NCBI GenBank assembly: GCA_964016885.1
Contig: OZ024752.1
Location: 26,908,001 to 26,972,000, forward strand
Origin: Eledone cirrhosa
Lineage: Eukaryota
DNA length: 64,000 nucleotides
Direction of reading: 5' to 3'
The position numbers and the translations under genes were made by a program. Position 1 is the stretch's first letter. Every line of letters begins with the position of its first letter. The notes under the pieces are model-generated. The model saw nothing but the letters and a program-made list of their open reading frames with translations. It was not told the DNA's origin and did no database searches. Below are positions 1 through 12,774 of this stretch, piece by piece.

Positions 1-400
1 GGACACAAGACATAACCACGTCTATTTGCAGAGCCATCCGGAAGATAGGACTAGACATACAATTAGCTCGCTCCGGCCCTTCACTGTGAGGATACCTATC
101 TAAAAAGCGATCCAGAGACAACAACAAACAATGCATATTTCCTAAGGAATGCTTCCACTTAAAATAAAATTTCGCCGAAGATAGATTAGCAAAATTTAAT
201 AAGCGGGATTGGAATAAGGTCAAGGTGGGGGACCATTATTCGAGACCCGAGAGGACATATATTAGATAGACAGTTAAACACAATGTTTGTCTTCCTCGCT
301 CACAAATACGTACGTGCGTACGCGCGTGCGCACGCACAGGCACACACACATACATGCACACAGTAAATACCTACATAAATGCTTACATACATATTACTAT

Positions 401-586
401 AATTGTTTCTACTTTAGGCATAAGGCCAGCAATACCCAGTGCATTACTGGTACTTTATTTTATCAACCCCGTAAGGATGAAAGGCAAAGTCAACCTCGGC
501 GGGATTTGAACTCAGATCGTAAAGGGACGTAACTATGCTGGAAAGCATGGCGTCCGACCCTCTACCGATACTGCCAATCCACCGCC
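401..586 (-). mobile_element. tRNA-derived SINE with Nin/Deu-like central domain (dominant SINE family of this window)
   Basis: Reverse complement has tRNA-like head (GGCGGTGGATTGGCAGTATCGGTAGAG...GAGTTCAAATCCCGCC, B-box-like), then GCCTTTCATCCTTACGGGGT-GATAAAATAAAGTACCAG and a tail ending GTAGAAACAATT; ~20 related copies in window. Confidence 0.85.
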
Positions 587-939
587 ATACATATTACTAT
601 AATGAAACTATTTTGTCTACAATAATCTTTCATACTTATGATTCTTGAACGTCATTGTTAACGAGTTATACTGGCTACTCTTTGTATGTTATAGAAATGG
701 TAGTATTGTTAAACTATTTAAAATCCAGTTTGATTTTATATATTTTTGTTTAAAAGTTATTCATAAATGTATACATAATATATAATGCATTATACTTTCA
801 TAACTGATAAAATGCGATGTTTATAATTTTCATAAAATAGTTTTCATATTTTATTATTATTTAAAAGATATTTTTCTAATCTTTATTAATCTTTAAATGC
901 ATCGCTACATAATCACAGATGGGTTATGGAGTACATTTT

Positions 940-1115
940 TTGTGTGTATTTACCAGCCAATTCTTGCTGCTGTTGAAAGAGTATTTTCAATGACGACTAG
1001 AATTTGTTTTCGAGAAAGATCTTCAACAAATGAATCAACATTAAAAAGACGGTTGCTTCCTAAACTCAATATTGACTTAAGTGGTTGTGTGTTCTTTGAA
1101 ACAACAACGAAATAA
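940..1115 (+). pseudogene. Possible hAT transposase C-terminal dimerisation-domain remnant
   Basis: QPILAAVERVFS resembles the hAT S-x-x-x-E-R-x-F-S motif; short and degenerate. Confidence 0.35.
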
Positions 1116-1339
1116 ACGAAAGAAGTTTATTCAGTTGAAAAATATGAATGGTAAAATAAATGAAAACCTAAGTTAATGACAAATTAATGAACATTTTTAT
1201 GTTCCTATAGTTTTGCTGGATTGAAATATATGTTAGGGATATAATCTGCAAGTATTCATTATTTTAATGTCAGAATTAAAGCTTAAGCGACGTTAGATAC
1301 TAAAAGTACATTTCACTAATGATTTAAATGATTTCTAAC

Positions 1340-1750
1340 ATAGCCACAAAGCCAGCAGTATGAGGGAAAGGGGAAAATCTATTATATTGATTCCAGTATT
1401 TAACCGGAACTTTATTTTACCAACCTCGGAAAGATGAAGGCAAAGGTGACATCGGCGGGTTTTGAAATCAGAACGTAGACGGTCTAAATTAAATAGCAGC
1501 AACGCATTTTGTCCGACGCTCTACTGATCTGCCAATCCTCTATCCCTATGATTTATAATTTAAGAATTTGCGGAGAACGGAAAGTCGATTATACCGACAC
1601 TGGTACTTTACTGGTATTTTATTTTACCGGCCTCAAAACGATAAGAGGCTAAGTTGACCTCGGCGGGATTTGAACTCAGAACGAAAAAAGCCGGAACAAA
1701 TATTACTATGCATTTACTCGACGCTCTAACGAATCTGACAAAACCACGCT
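1340..1750 (-). mobile_element. Two diverged tandem copies of the Nin/Deu-like SINE
   Basis: GATGAAGGCAAAGGTGACATCGGCGGGTTTTGAA and GACCTCGGCGGGATTTGAACTCAG match the family. Confidence 0.7.
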
Positions 1751-2184
1751 CACTGATATCTCTAATAAAAATTCAAACATGTTTCGTTTTGAGGCTTGGA
1801 AATAATAACTATGTCTGAAAAATAAACGGTATGTTTAGGTTGGAAAATGTTTGATCATAGGTCTGATCGATCAATATCAGTTTATACCAGTTGAAATTCG
1901 CCATGCACTACTAAGTGCTTTCTGCTCAGCTGTACATCCTCTAGCTTTCATGATTCAATTTATTGTTGTGGTGTTTGGTACATGACCAGGTAAACTATTT
2001 CATTTCTTTGAGAAAAACAATTCTGAATTATTTAACATACTATTTTTTATGTGTGTAATTGAGACAACGTTTTACATTTTCATTTAACTAGAGTAGTGTA
2101 TTAACTATATTTTCAAAGTACGTTCATGGTTTTAAATAAATACTTCTATGACATCTTTTCTTTGCTTTCTCTCTGTTTTTGCAG

Positions 2185-2249
2185 ATTTCTGGGGTCACTT
2201 TTGTTGCATTTCTCTGGATTCTTTCAACGATTTCTATTTACCTTTAGAG
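2185..2249 (+). CDS. Candidate internal exon of an unidentified plus-strand gene
   Basis: Strong acceptor TTTCTTTGCTTTCTCTCTGTTTTTGCAG and donor AG|GTAATG; an open frame exists (FLGSLLLHFSGFFQRFLFTFR). Confidence 0.3.
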
Positions 2250-2499
2250 GTAATGTGACCAAACCTGTACCGCGTACTTTTGGTGGGGTTACACATATCC
2301 TATATATAGAATGTTATTATCATTATTATAATAATTTCATTTACGGAACATTCTATTATCCTTATCATTTGACTAGCTTATTTAGTTATTCCAGATATTG
2401 GCCTTTTTTAAAAGTTGTTAGGATTTGAGGAAGGGACCTCCTGAATTAGAGTCTTGGGCTAAATAACAAGACATCGATTCTTAAAACACTTCTGGTGTA

Positions 2500-3060
2500 T
2501 ACCCTTGCAGTCCTAGACACACTCATTATTCCATCGTGCGATGAGGGTTTCTTTTTTCATGTCCTTAAGAGCAGCTTGGATGACTGACAGGCACGTTGCG
2601 ATCGTGAAGTTACGTCATTACCCCTTTAACTTGAAATTCTCTTTCGAGTTCATTGCGTCCACAAGGTGTTGGAGAGTGTTATGTGTGTAAAGTGCATTGA
2701 AGATACGGATCACGCCTTGATCCATAGGCTGGATGAGGGAGGTGGTGTTGGCAGGGAGGAACTCGACTTGGACTCCCTGGTAATATAAATTTAAACAGTG
2801 ACCGCCAGCATTATCCATAACTATCAACACCTTCAATTTCATGCATACGTTTGTGGAGGTATTCCTAGGCTTGAGGGATGAAGCATTAGTAGAACCAGTT
2901 CAAATTTAGACTTTTGTTAATCCAGGCCATGGGGTTGTGTATCCAGTGGGCAGGAAGCAGGTTTTTATTCTCATTATTGAAGGTCCTCAGGTTCGCGGAC
3001 TTGTAGATAAGGCCTGGTTTCATCAGCATTGTTACACTCCAACAAAAAAATCTTCCCTGC
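2500..3060 (-). pseudogene. Tigger/pogo (CENP-B-like DDE_1) transposase remnant
   Basis: LKVLIVMDNAGGH...VEFLPANTTSLIQPMDQGVIR and MKPGLIYKSANLR match pogo/Tigger DDE motifs; frames are broken. Confidence 0.9.
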
Positions 3061-3639
3061 ATCATATATGCGCATACCACGAATTGATTAAAACAATTGT
3101 GGTTTTAAAAAGTTAGCTTGGATTACCTATACAGTAATCTATATTATAAGAGAGAGGGACCAGCAAGTGACCGTTTTCAATGAGGCTATATCGACTCTCG
3201 GCCTTGAAAATTATCCTGTTGAAATAAACAATGTATATGATCAAATGAAGCGGTGATTGAAAAAAGCACTGGTATAAAATTAACGTTCAGTCCCGTGTTG
3301 TATATCTTTGATCTGTCATCGCTAGCCCAAGCAATACTAGTGCGCTACACTGTATATACTTATATAAAATACTTTAACTACAATGAGAGGTTGTTAAGAG
3401 ACAAATACAGCGAGAGAGTGTGTGTATGTATGTGAGAAATATAGATAGATGTCACCATACTAATTAGCAATCTTTGTTTGAAAACGCATGAATAAGAGAT
3501 ACAAGATACAGTGTACTTGTATCTAAAACAACCGACGTGATGCACGGCTACTCTAATCAGAGGGAGCGTCTTATACAAATAGGCTGGCAAACACGGCTGG
3601 CAAATGCGGTTACATTTTTTAATTAATAAATTAGCGTTA

Positions 3640-3803
3640 AAAAGCATGAACAGATATTTATTGCCACGAAAAAAGCCATAAAAAAATCGCGGAAGATACT
3701 TACGATTCCGCGAATATGCGGTGGTTTCCACGAACAATTATTAGTTAGGTTCTAAGGAAAATTCAGCGAATAAGCGGGACCGTGAATGTCGGGGTTGGTT
3801 ACA

Positions 3804-3808
<5 letters not shown>
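3640..3808 (-). mobile_element. Probable terminal region (TIR end) of the Tigger-like element
   Basis: CGCGAA/GCGAATA-rich subterminal motifs ending ...ACACTG|TA next to (TA)n, upstream of the minus-strand transposase. Confidence 0.5.
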
Positions 3809-3862
<54 letters not shown>

Positions 3863-3924
3863 ATTCTGCTTGCTTCAACCGACGCAATTGATAAACTCCA
3901 GATTCAATAACGCACCCTTCGCCC

Positions 3925-3993
<69 letters not shown>

Positions 3994-4322
3994 ATATATG
4001 AGGGAGATGTGTATACATATGTATATATGCATATTTGTGTGTGTATGTATGTATGTATATGTATATATACACAAAAACCCGCACGTGTATCTCAATTCTC
4101 CCTGTTTTCCTTTGTATATTAATCTGTCATTTAATCGCTTTTATGGTATTTTCGACCTATCTATCTATTTATCTGTCAATACTAATGCTTACCTATCCCT
4201 CTGTTGTTGCATTAGAAAAACACTAGTGGGAGAGTCATAGTTACAGGATTTAAAAGAGACTACGATCTCCTCAGCAGATCGTGGCCTGATGTATAAAGGA
4301 TAGTAAGGAATGAAGTGTAATG

Positions 4323-4510
4323 TTGGATTGGCAGTATCGGTAGAGGGTCGGACGCCATGCTTTGCAGTATAGACTTACGGCCCTTTAAGGTCTGAGCTGA
4401 AATTACGCTGAGGTTAACTTTGCCTTTCATCCTTACGGGGTCGATAAAATAAAGTACCAGTAATGCACTGTGATAATTGCTAGCCTTGTGCCAAAAATAG
4501 AAACAATTTT
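4323..4510 (+). mobile_element. Nin/Deu-like SINE copy
   Basis: Full head, core and tail match to the family. Confidence 0.8.
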
Positions 4511-4550
4511 ATGACACACAAATTGGACAAATGTCAAATGTTGACTAATG

Positions 4551-5670
4551 CCTTGTGAGTAAAATTTAGTTGACAGAAACTGTGTGGAAATCTGTCATGT
4601 GTATGTATGAGTCTAAGTCTGTTTATGACCCATAACTTTATGTTGTTCAGACTTAAAAAAGAAAATGAGTTATGACCCATAACTTTATGTATCAGACTTA
4701 AAAAAGAAAATAAGTACTCGGGTCTATGTAATAGACTAAACCCTTTCAAGGCAGTGCCCTAGCATGGCCACTGTCTAATAAGCGAAACCAGTTAAGCAAT
4801 AAAAGTATACATATATCTCACTCCCTTACATTATATTATCGATTCAGATCGTTTTGAAAATAATTGGGCAGCTTTAATTAAATTTTCAGTACCCACCATG
4901 TAGTTTCCAGTTGTTATCTTCCTGTTTCTTCTACAACAACTACAACGGTACGCGATGGGGCCCACCTATAGCCCGGGCGCACAGAATGGAGAAGGCGTTT
5001 CCCAGGAGGACGTATGGAACCCCGAGCATGCTCCTTGCTGCTGATACGGTCATACCCTCGGCTACTGGGGACCCATCCTGTTCGCCCTGACCCAGGTTCT
5101 GCTGCACGTCGGGCTGAGGGGGCCAAACTCCTCAAATACCGGTCGCTCTCTGACAGGTTTGCGGTCGTACCCTTGGCAGTGGAGACTTATGGTGTCCTCA
5201 GCCCCAGAGCTGGCCAGACGCAGGTGTGAGCCCCGCGAGTTGGAGTGGCTTTTCCAACGCGTCTCCCTTGCCGTCCTCCGGAGAAACGCCTTCTCCATTC
5301 TGTCCGCAGGGGCTGTGGGTGAGCCCCATCGCGTACCGTTGTAGTTGTTGTAGAAGAAACAGGAAGACAACAACTGGAAACTACATGGTGGGTACTGAAA
5401 ATTTAATTAAAGCTGCCCAATTATTTTCAAAACGATCTGAATCGATAATATAATGTAAGGGAGTGAGATATGTGTATCCTTTTATTGCTTAACTGGTTTC
5501 GCTTATTAGACAGTGGCCATGCTAGGGCACTGCCTTGAAAGGATTTAGTCTAACACATAGACCCCAGTACTTATTTTCTCTTTTAAGTCTGATACTTTTT
5601 GTTGACCAAAACAGACATACACATGACAGGTTTCCACACAGTTTCTGTCAACTAAATTTTACTTACAAGG
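4551..5670. repeat. Large inverted duplication; arms ~4551-4965 and ~5325-5670 contain a SINE 3' half and a CRE-like 3' end
   Basis: GATTCAGATCGTTTTGAAAATAATTGGGCAGC vs GCTGCCCAATTATTTTCAAAACGATCTGAATC; arms nearly perfectly complementary. Confidence 0.9.
5014..5345 (+). pseudogene. CRE-clade non-LTR retrotransposon restriction-like endonuclease C-terminal remnant
   Basis: PGSAARRAEGAKLLKYRSL..RFAVVPLAVETYG...WLFQRVSLAVLRRNA is typical of a CRE RLE C-terminus. Confidence 0.8.
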
Positions 5671-6059
5671 GTAATTGCTGGCCTTGTGCCAAAAGTAAAA
5701 ACTATTATAATTGGAGATCTGTTATCGTCTTTTGTTTGTGTTGTTGTTGTTCATGCTTTTGTTATTGTTGTCGTGGTTGTGATGTTAAACCTGGTACATA
5801 AGTAAGTCTACACACCAAGTATGCCCCTGCAAGATTTAAATTCAGAACACAAAAGGTTGGAATATATTCGACAAGGCAACTCGTAATATATTTTGCGAAC
5901 GTGGGAGTGAATAACAGAAAGATAACGTTGCTGAGATTTGAAATGGGGTCGTAAGGAACAAGAATAAATATTGAAAAGAAAGAGGTGATGATTTATATTT
6001 ATATATCATCTGAGTAATAGATTATTTTCAATTTTCTGCACAACATTTTGTGTCAGGCT

Positions 6060-6570
6060 CTGATAATGGTTTCTAGTATAGGCACAAGGCCAGTAATTTG
6101 AGGAAGTCGATTAAGTCGACCCAGTACGTTACTGGTGCATTAGTTTATCGACCCCGTAAGGATGAAAGGCAAAGTTAACTTCGGCGGGATTTGAACTCAC
6201 ACCATAAACAACCGTAACTCAGTGCTGTAAAGTATTGTATCCGACTTTCTACCGATATTGCCCATCCACCACCCTTTATCAGGCTCTAATAATGGTTTCT
6301 GATTTAGACACACGACAAAAACCGACCCCGTACAGTTGACAGGCAAAGCTAACCCCAGCGGGAGTTGAACTCAAAAGGTATCACGCTTTAATAATAATTT
6401 CTGATTTAGGCACAAAGACAACACTTTTTGGGAGGTCAATTACATCGACCCCAATGCGTTACAGGTACATAGTTATATCGACCCCGTAAGGATGAAAGAC
6501 AAAGCTAACCTCGGTGGGAGTTGAACTCAGAACGTATCACGTTCTAACAATTCCACCAATTCACCGCCAG
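6060..6570 (-). mobile_element. Cluster of three Nin/Deu-like SINE copies or fragments
   Basis: Repeated GACCCCGTAAGGATGAAAGGCAAAG...GGGATTTGAACTCA. Confidence 0.75.
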
Positions 6571-6651
6571 TTAGATTTAATTTATTTTAGCCATCATTAG
6601 TATTGGTTTCGCTGCAATAGATAGTTGGGTAGATTGACTACATTTTTATAG

Positions 6652-6777
6652 CTCCCCTTCCAGAATTTACAACAAACATTTCCTCCGAAACTCCTGTCTT
6701 GGGATTACAAACCTTTGGAAGTATCTTACCACCAATAGGTTTTCATGCACACATTGTTCATCCGGAAAATATCTCTG
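6652..6777 (+). CDS. Candidate 126-nt phase-1/phase-1 coding exon (APLPEFTTNISSETPVLGLQTFGSILPPIGFHAHIVHPENIS)
   Basis: TTTTTATAG acceptor, G|GTAAGG donor, stop-free frame, length divisible by 3, non-repetitive sequence. Confidence 0.5.
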
Positions 6778-7114
6778 GTAAGGCCTGAATTTATAAAGAT
6801 CATAGGCGCAGCCCTTCCTCTAGATAAATTATAAAGGAAATGATCGTAGCCAAAGCCATGTTTTAACACTAATGGGGTTTCAATTTATCGCAGATTCAAC
6901 AAGATTGGATATTTCTAGGGAAAGAGATAAGCAAAGCAACAAACAAAAGAACTAAAACTAAACGAAATTAAAAAAAAACTAAAATGATTTAGTGTTTAGC
7001 AAAGATTTATGATCGATAACGCTAAATATGACAGGCTAAAAAAAGATTTAAAAAGCCATAGTAGCAGCAGATGAAGAGAAAGGAGGAGAAAAATAAGTAT
7101 TATTATTATTATTA

Positions 7115-7655
7115 TTTGGAATGGCAATATCGGTAGAGTGTCGGACAACAATGTTTGTGGCAAATAGTTACGGCACTCTACGTTCTGAGTTCAAATCCCG
7201 CTAAGGTTAGCTTTGCCTTTCATCCTAACGGGGTCGTTAAAATAAAGTACCAGTAATGCATAGGGGTCGATTTGATCGACTTTCCCTTTGCCCTAACATT
7301 GTTGGCCTTCTTGCCTAGATCAGAAACTATTTGTGCCAATAGTAGAAACAATTATTACATTAACTTTGCCTTTCATCCTCACGGGGTCGATAAAATAAAC
7401 TACCAGTAGTGCACTGGTATAATTGATGGCCTTGTGCCAAACGTAGAAACAATTATTATATAAGGGTGGAGGATTGGCAGTATAGGTAGAGAGTCGGACG
7501 CCATGCTTTCCAGCATAGTTACGTCCCTTTACGATCTGAGTTCAAATCCCGCCGAGGTTAACTTTGCCTTTCATCCTTACGCGGTCGATAAAAATAAAGT
7601 ACCAGTAATGTACTGAGTAATTGCTGGCCTTGTGCCAAATGTAGAAGCAATTATA
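7115..7655 (+). mobile_element. Tandem cluster of Nin/Deu-like SINE copies
   Basis: Three cores GCCTTTCATCCT-ACGGGGTCGATAAAATAAA with tails. Confidence 0.8.
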
Positions 7656-7675
7656 TAATCGTGGTGAATATCTCT

Positions 7676-7728
<53 letters not shown>

Positions 7729-7868
7729 AAAGTGTAATTTACTACACAAAACGAAGGTTATAGAGAAAATTGAGGTTGGTAATGGCACATGGAATATATA
7801 AGAGACAGAATACTTTTTTGTGAAAAAACATATAATTTTATAAGGTAAGGAAATAATAAAGGGTATAA

Positions 7869-7916
7869 AAAATGACCGGTTTCGATGGGTCTGCAAAAGC
7901 CATCTTTTCAAATGTT
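7869..7916 (-). ncRNA. Type I hammerhead ribozyme motif, U3:A8 core variant
   Basis: Exact reverse complement of the motif at 15807-15854. Confidence 0.65.
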
Positions 7917-8229
7917 GCTTAATATTAAGAAAAATTAATAATACGAAGAGTTAAAATTTGAGATTTGAAAATTCAAGTATAAAATTCATTGTGGGATTTC
8001 ACAGTATTTTTCATCTTGGTAGCAGCTCGTTTAGCAGCTCGTTGACTGCTGGGTGCCTTTCTGGTAGTGAATGAGAAGTTATTTGGGGGTGTGGGTTATT
8101 TTATAAAGGTCAAATTTAGCAATGGCCAGATGGCCAGCTGCTGGTCAGTGAGGGGGTGGAAGCAATATACATACATATATCTTCCTGTGGTAGGTAGGGG
8201 AGGGGAGATTGATAGAAAGGGAGTTAGTG

Positions 8230-8296
8230 CACTTACACCTATATATACACACATACCTTCATCCACACATACATACATATACATATACATACACAT

Positions 8297-8332
<36 letters not shown>

Positions 8333-8448
8333 CCATACATATACACACGTACATACACACACACATACATATATATACACACACACATATATGCACATAC
8401 ACACACACATATATATACATACACATACATCCAGGTACACACATACAT

Positions 8449-8480
<32 letters not shown>

Positions 8481-8707
8481 GTGTACATACACATATATAT
8501 ACACACACACACCCACACATACATCCACACACACACATATATATACATACACACATACAAACACACACACACCCACATATATATACACATACGCACACAT
8601 ATATATACACACACACACATATATATATACACATACGCATACATCCAGATACACACATACATACACACACACACACACACAATACATACATCCACATGCA
8701 CACACAT

Positions 8708-8738
<31 letters not shown>

Positions 8739-8795
8739 TACATACACCCACACACAGAGAAATGGCCTCCAAATATATATATATACATACACATG
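8230..8795. repeat. Compound (CA)n/(TA)n microsatellite (PLE insertion site)
   Basis: Directly visible; abuts the 3' end of Naiad-1. Confidence 0.95.
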
Positions 8796-8839
8796 AAATA
8801 TGAAATATAAGAATCAAAGAACTGTTCAAAACATTATTG

Positions 8840-8886
8840 TGCTTACAGCTGTTTCCTCCAAACCGAGGTTTGGATTCTTCGGAGCA
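8840..8886 (-). ncRNA. Minimal type I hammerhead ribozyme, U4C core (second copy 13024-13070)
   Basis: UGCU-CCGAAGA-a-UCCAAACC uc GGUUUGGA-g-GAA-ACAGCUGU-A^AGCA; palindromic stem III. Confidence 0.75.
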
Positions 8887-10330
8887 ATTTATTAATGCAT
8901 GGACAGTTATATGACCTCCTTTTCAGCCGAGAGACATACCAATACATATTCAAACATTGATACATATTCAAACATTGTGGGTCAACATTCATTACAGAAT
9001 TTAGAGTGGCAGTACACACTTCGAGATTACATTTATATTAATAGGTACAATCAAAAAATCAAAGATATAGGTTAAAGTACAACATGAAGATAAGTGGTTA
9101 TATAGTGCAAATGTTATATGTGTGGCACGCATGTGCGTCTTGTTTATATAGTGTGGCAGAGAGATATGTGTGGTAGAGGCACTTAGGTAGGTAAATAAGA
9201 GTGTTAGGTTGGTAGATCTGGTGGCAAAGTCTTTATATGATTGATATAGTCTGTGTGTGGAGAAATATTATAAGCATTAAAGATAGTGCAAGCATTAAAA
9301 GTGTTATAAGTATTGGAGATGCACAGCGCAGGGATGTCAAGTAATTCATGTACTTCGGTATTTTCATGGTCAAGGGAGTGTATATTTCGATTATATGCCT
9401 TTCACATAATCCACGACAATCCAGTTAGAGATCGTAGTCTGGTGCTCTTTAGTTCGATACAGGTGGTTGTTACGTTTCGAGAGACGCCATTGAATACCGG
9501 AAGTGTGTGTGTGGCTAAGGGGAGTTAATGCATGCGGGGAGGTAACTCTGGGGTTTCTATATCTAGCCATTAAAATGTGTCTCAATATAGACCCTAAATT
9601 CTATGGTGAGGTGCACCTTCCAAGAGAGACTTTTAAAGCATAAAGTGTACTAACTATAGAGTAGTTTAACTAAATTATGCTGAAGGTGATCATATTATTA
9701 TTAGGGTGGATTAACCCATCTCAAGGTGCTACAAATGGAAATTATAGATGATGAGCGAGGATTCTAAATTAATGATCTCTATGGTTGTAGTCTGCTCATA
9801 TGACCAGGCGCGGTGATTGCAGGATTGCTTCAGGACCCAATGATCTCTGGTAAGATCCGGGTCATCGCTTGCTACATTGGATGTCGAAAGATAATCATCC
9901 CCAGGCAGGCCAAAGGTCAAGCCGCAGTCCTCGCGACCCCTCTCTGACCGTCAGATCATCCATATACGTACAACCCGCACGGCAGTTGCATTGCATTCAC
10001 TCACTGCGCTCAGCGGCCTGGTCCTACTGGTCAACAGCGCTACTCGATTAAATCATTTTACATCTGTCTAAGGAAGGTGTTTCCTCTGCCCAACACCATC
10101 CAACCGATCAATTCATGCTCAAATTACCCTTAGAGCGGCGTAGTGCCGTCCAGGTGGGTGGATGTTGTCACACCTGCTATAGAGGTATAAATGGGTATTT
10201 TCCCTGCGAAGGGTTCCAGAGGGATGTCGTTGTTTGTGTTATAATGGATCAGCTAGTGTTGGGTATGTAGTATAGGGTGTGTCTCTGGTGTTTGATGCTA
10301 GATGTGGTGTTAGGTTCCAGTCCGACATTG

Positions 10331-12774
10331 CTATATATGGGGCTTAAAGTTTTGGAAGGAATGTCTGAGGCGGTGCTGGCAAGTTGCAAACACCTCAGAT
10401 TTTTTGTTAAGTAGGTTACGGTTGGAGAAGATAATATTGTGTGTCTCTAGTATACAGAGGTTACAGAATTTATTAGGTGGTTTGTACGAGGTCGCGCTGC
10501 CTATCACTTCCCATTTGAGTGTGTATGGTTTATTTTTAGATTTTAGATAGTGAATGTAGCTAGAAAGTGAGGTGGAGTTGGCTAGGCTGTGCTTTTTGAA
10601 CGAGTGGATGTGCGAGTTATATCTAATTTTGAAGCAGTTAGAAGTGGAGCCTACATAGGTTTCTGAAGAGTTATTAGTCGTGACTGTGCATGAGTATATG
10701 ACATCCTTGGTTAGGCATTTTTTATCTAAAGGGCAGGTTCTATTAGCTCTACAGTTACAATTATTCTGTGCGTTAGTCCGCTGGTTATAATGCAATGCGG
10801 AAGTCTGTGTGGTGGGTATAGGATTTTGGGTGTTCAGGTTGACAACCCTGGTGTTATTACTTATACTAGTGTTATTTCTATTGTTACTGCCGTTGCTATT
10901 GTTGCTTGCTACAGTGGTATTTAGAGGGTTTGCATCCCGTTGCGATTTTGTTTGTTGGAAGTAAGAACTAATTTTACTATTATTGCTGCTAGCTATGTGG
11001 TATGCTAAGTTAGGCGTCGTAGAGTATGAGATTTTAATGGTGTTTTTGTTTAAGAGGTTGTGGTACTTGTGTCCTAGAGGGAAGTTTTTATCTAGTAGTG
11101 AGAAGAAAGCCCTAGGTATGTTGGTGGAGACATTTAGGTTGAAAGGAGGGTTGAAAAATGTATTATTTCTTCTTCTATTTTTGCTTTTAGTGTTTGGTGT
11201 GTTGCTTCCTCCTAAGGCCTCACAGTAGTTTCCATGGTAATGGTTACTTCCGGTGGCACCCTCCGCTTTGGTGTACTTGTGGTTGCTATTCCTATTATTA
11301 GATTTCCTCATGGACATGTTGTGCGAGATGATGTTGTAGCTATGTGTTTTCTTAGGTAGGAACTCAATTTCTATATTATGGCCGGAGCTAGCTAATGCTT
11401 GATTGTAATATTGTGAGTTTTTGCTAAATATGTTTGCGTCATAGGACAGACTAGAGATTCTATTGGACACCCCCTTAGAGATAGAGTTTAATATTGATCT
11501 AGGGTGATTAGACTTGGTATCTACGTAAATAAGTTTCTCATTAGGCTTATGGAAGGGTGTATATATTTTTGAGTCTAGGTATAGTGTGGCGTCTAGGAAG
11601 TTAACATTTTTAGTGTTTTTGTCCATGGTGATACTAAGGTTAAAGTTTTTGAATGTCTTATGCAGTTGTTTTCTAGTTCTTTCTATATTAAATTTCTTAT
11701 ATTCTATGAGTAGAAGTGCATCATCGCGGTACAAACCACCGTTGAGGTAAGGGAGGTCTTTATGGATTTCATTGAGGAGGTATAGGCCGACCAAATCAGT
11801 GACCTGCGCCGAGTCACTAGATCCCATGGTTATGTCGAAGTTGTTGTGCGTATCCTTGCGTGTCCATAGTTGGTCCTCGAAGGTGATTATGGTTTTACGG
11901 GCCGCAAGGATGACATCAACCTGGGCTCTAGTCAGGTCGCTATTGGTCATGGCCATGATAAGTGCCTTATTTAATAGGATAGGGGAAATAGAGGTGTAGT
12001 ATGAATAAATTTTTTGTTCTTATTATTCTTGATATCCTTAAACCATTCAATTACTTCACCCGTATTTCCCCATTGTTTAAGGTGTATCTTGTGTTTAATT
12101 TGTGGGATGATTTTATCCAAAATCTTCTTGCTGATAATACCAATGTCGGACTTGGAAGGGCAGATAAGTCTTATCGTGGGGTTGCTGATGAAGTTCTCCT
12201 TATGGTCCTTCAGAGAGAATCTAGGGGGGTTCGGAGTGAAAGGTTGTGTATGCCTCTGTAGTCCTAGTTTAGACACTATATTATAACCCTCTACATTAAT
12301 ATCTTCTAAGTTTTTCAAGGTGGTTTTTTTGTAGCTTTTATGTAGTTCATTATATATAAACTTTCTATAAGTAATATAATCTAGGCTGTATATGTTATTA
12401 GTTTTATCTGCGTGTACAATAATTTTATTACTAGTTTTGAATCCACTAATAGAAGTGTTAAGTTTGTTTAAGAAGGTGTTGCTTCTAATATGGTGCTTAT
12501 TGTATTTAATGTTCTTAACTAGTTTAACTAGGTCATTTTCAAAGGAGTTAAGTAGAGTGTTATGAGGGGGGCTTTTAAAGGTTTTAAAGCCGAAGGAGTC
12601 AAAATTGTTAGTATTATTCAAGTTGTTAGATTTGTTTCTATCATAATGGAATGTCCTCCATCTCACTCTATTGATAAATGAATTTACACTGTTGATCAGC
12701 AATTTCTCATATGTATTCCTGGATGGTATTGGTATGTTCTTGGTTGACATGGGGAGTTGGTCTTTGATTAGCAT
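10331..12774 (-). pseudogene. Naiad-1 RT / GIY-YIG polyprotein with one frameshifting lesion near 12000
   Basis: LKDHKENF..NP..RLI.P.KS; FDITMGSSDSAQVTDLVG; GGLYRDDAL; CNCRANRTCPL linker; VIY...YVGST...FKIRYNSH; CNLC..E. The two ORFs (11971-12774, 10331-11956) join at a lesion where the motif-A Asp is missing. Confidence 0.92.

Noticed and set aside
9313-10051. Small ORFs duplicated at 13497-14235
   Set aside because: They lie in the PLE 3' UTR and are duplicated only because of the tandem structure.
10331-12774. Selenocysteine recoding, as reported for some Naiad PLEs
   Set aside because: No in-frame TGA at Cys positions in either Naiad ORF, and no convincing SECIS seen; the ORF break is a deletion.
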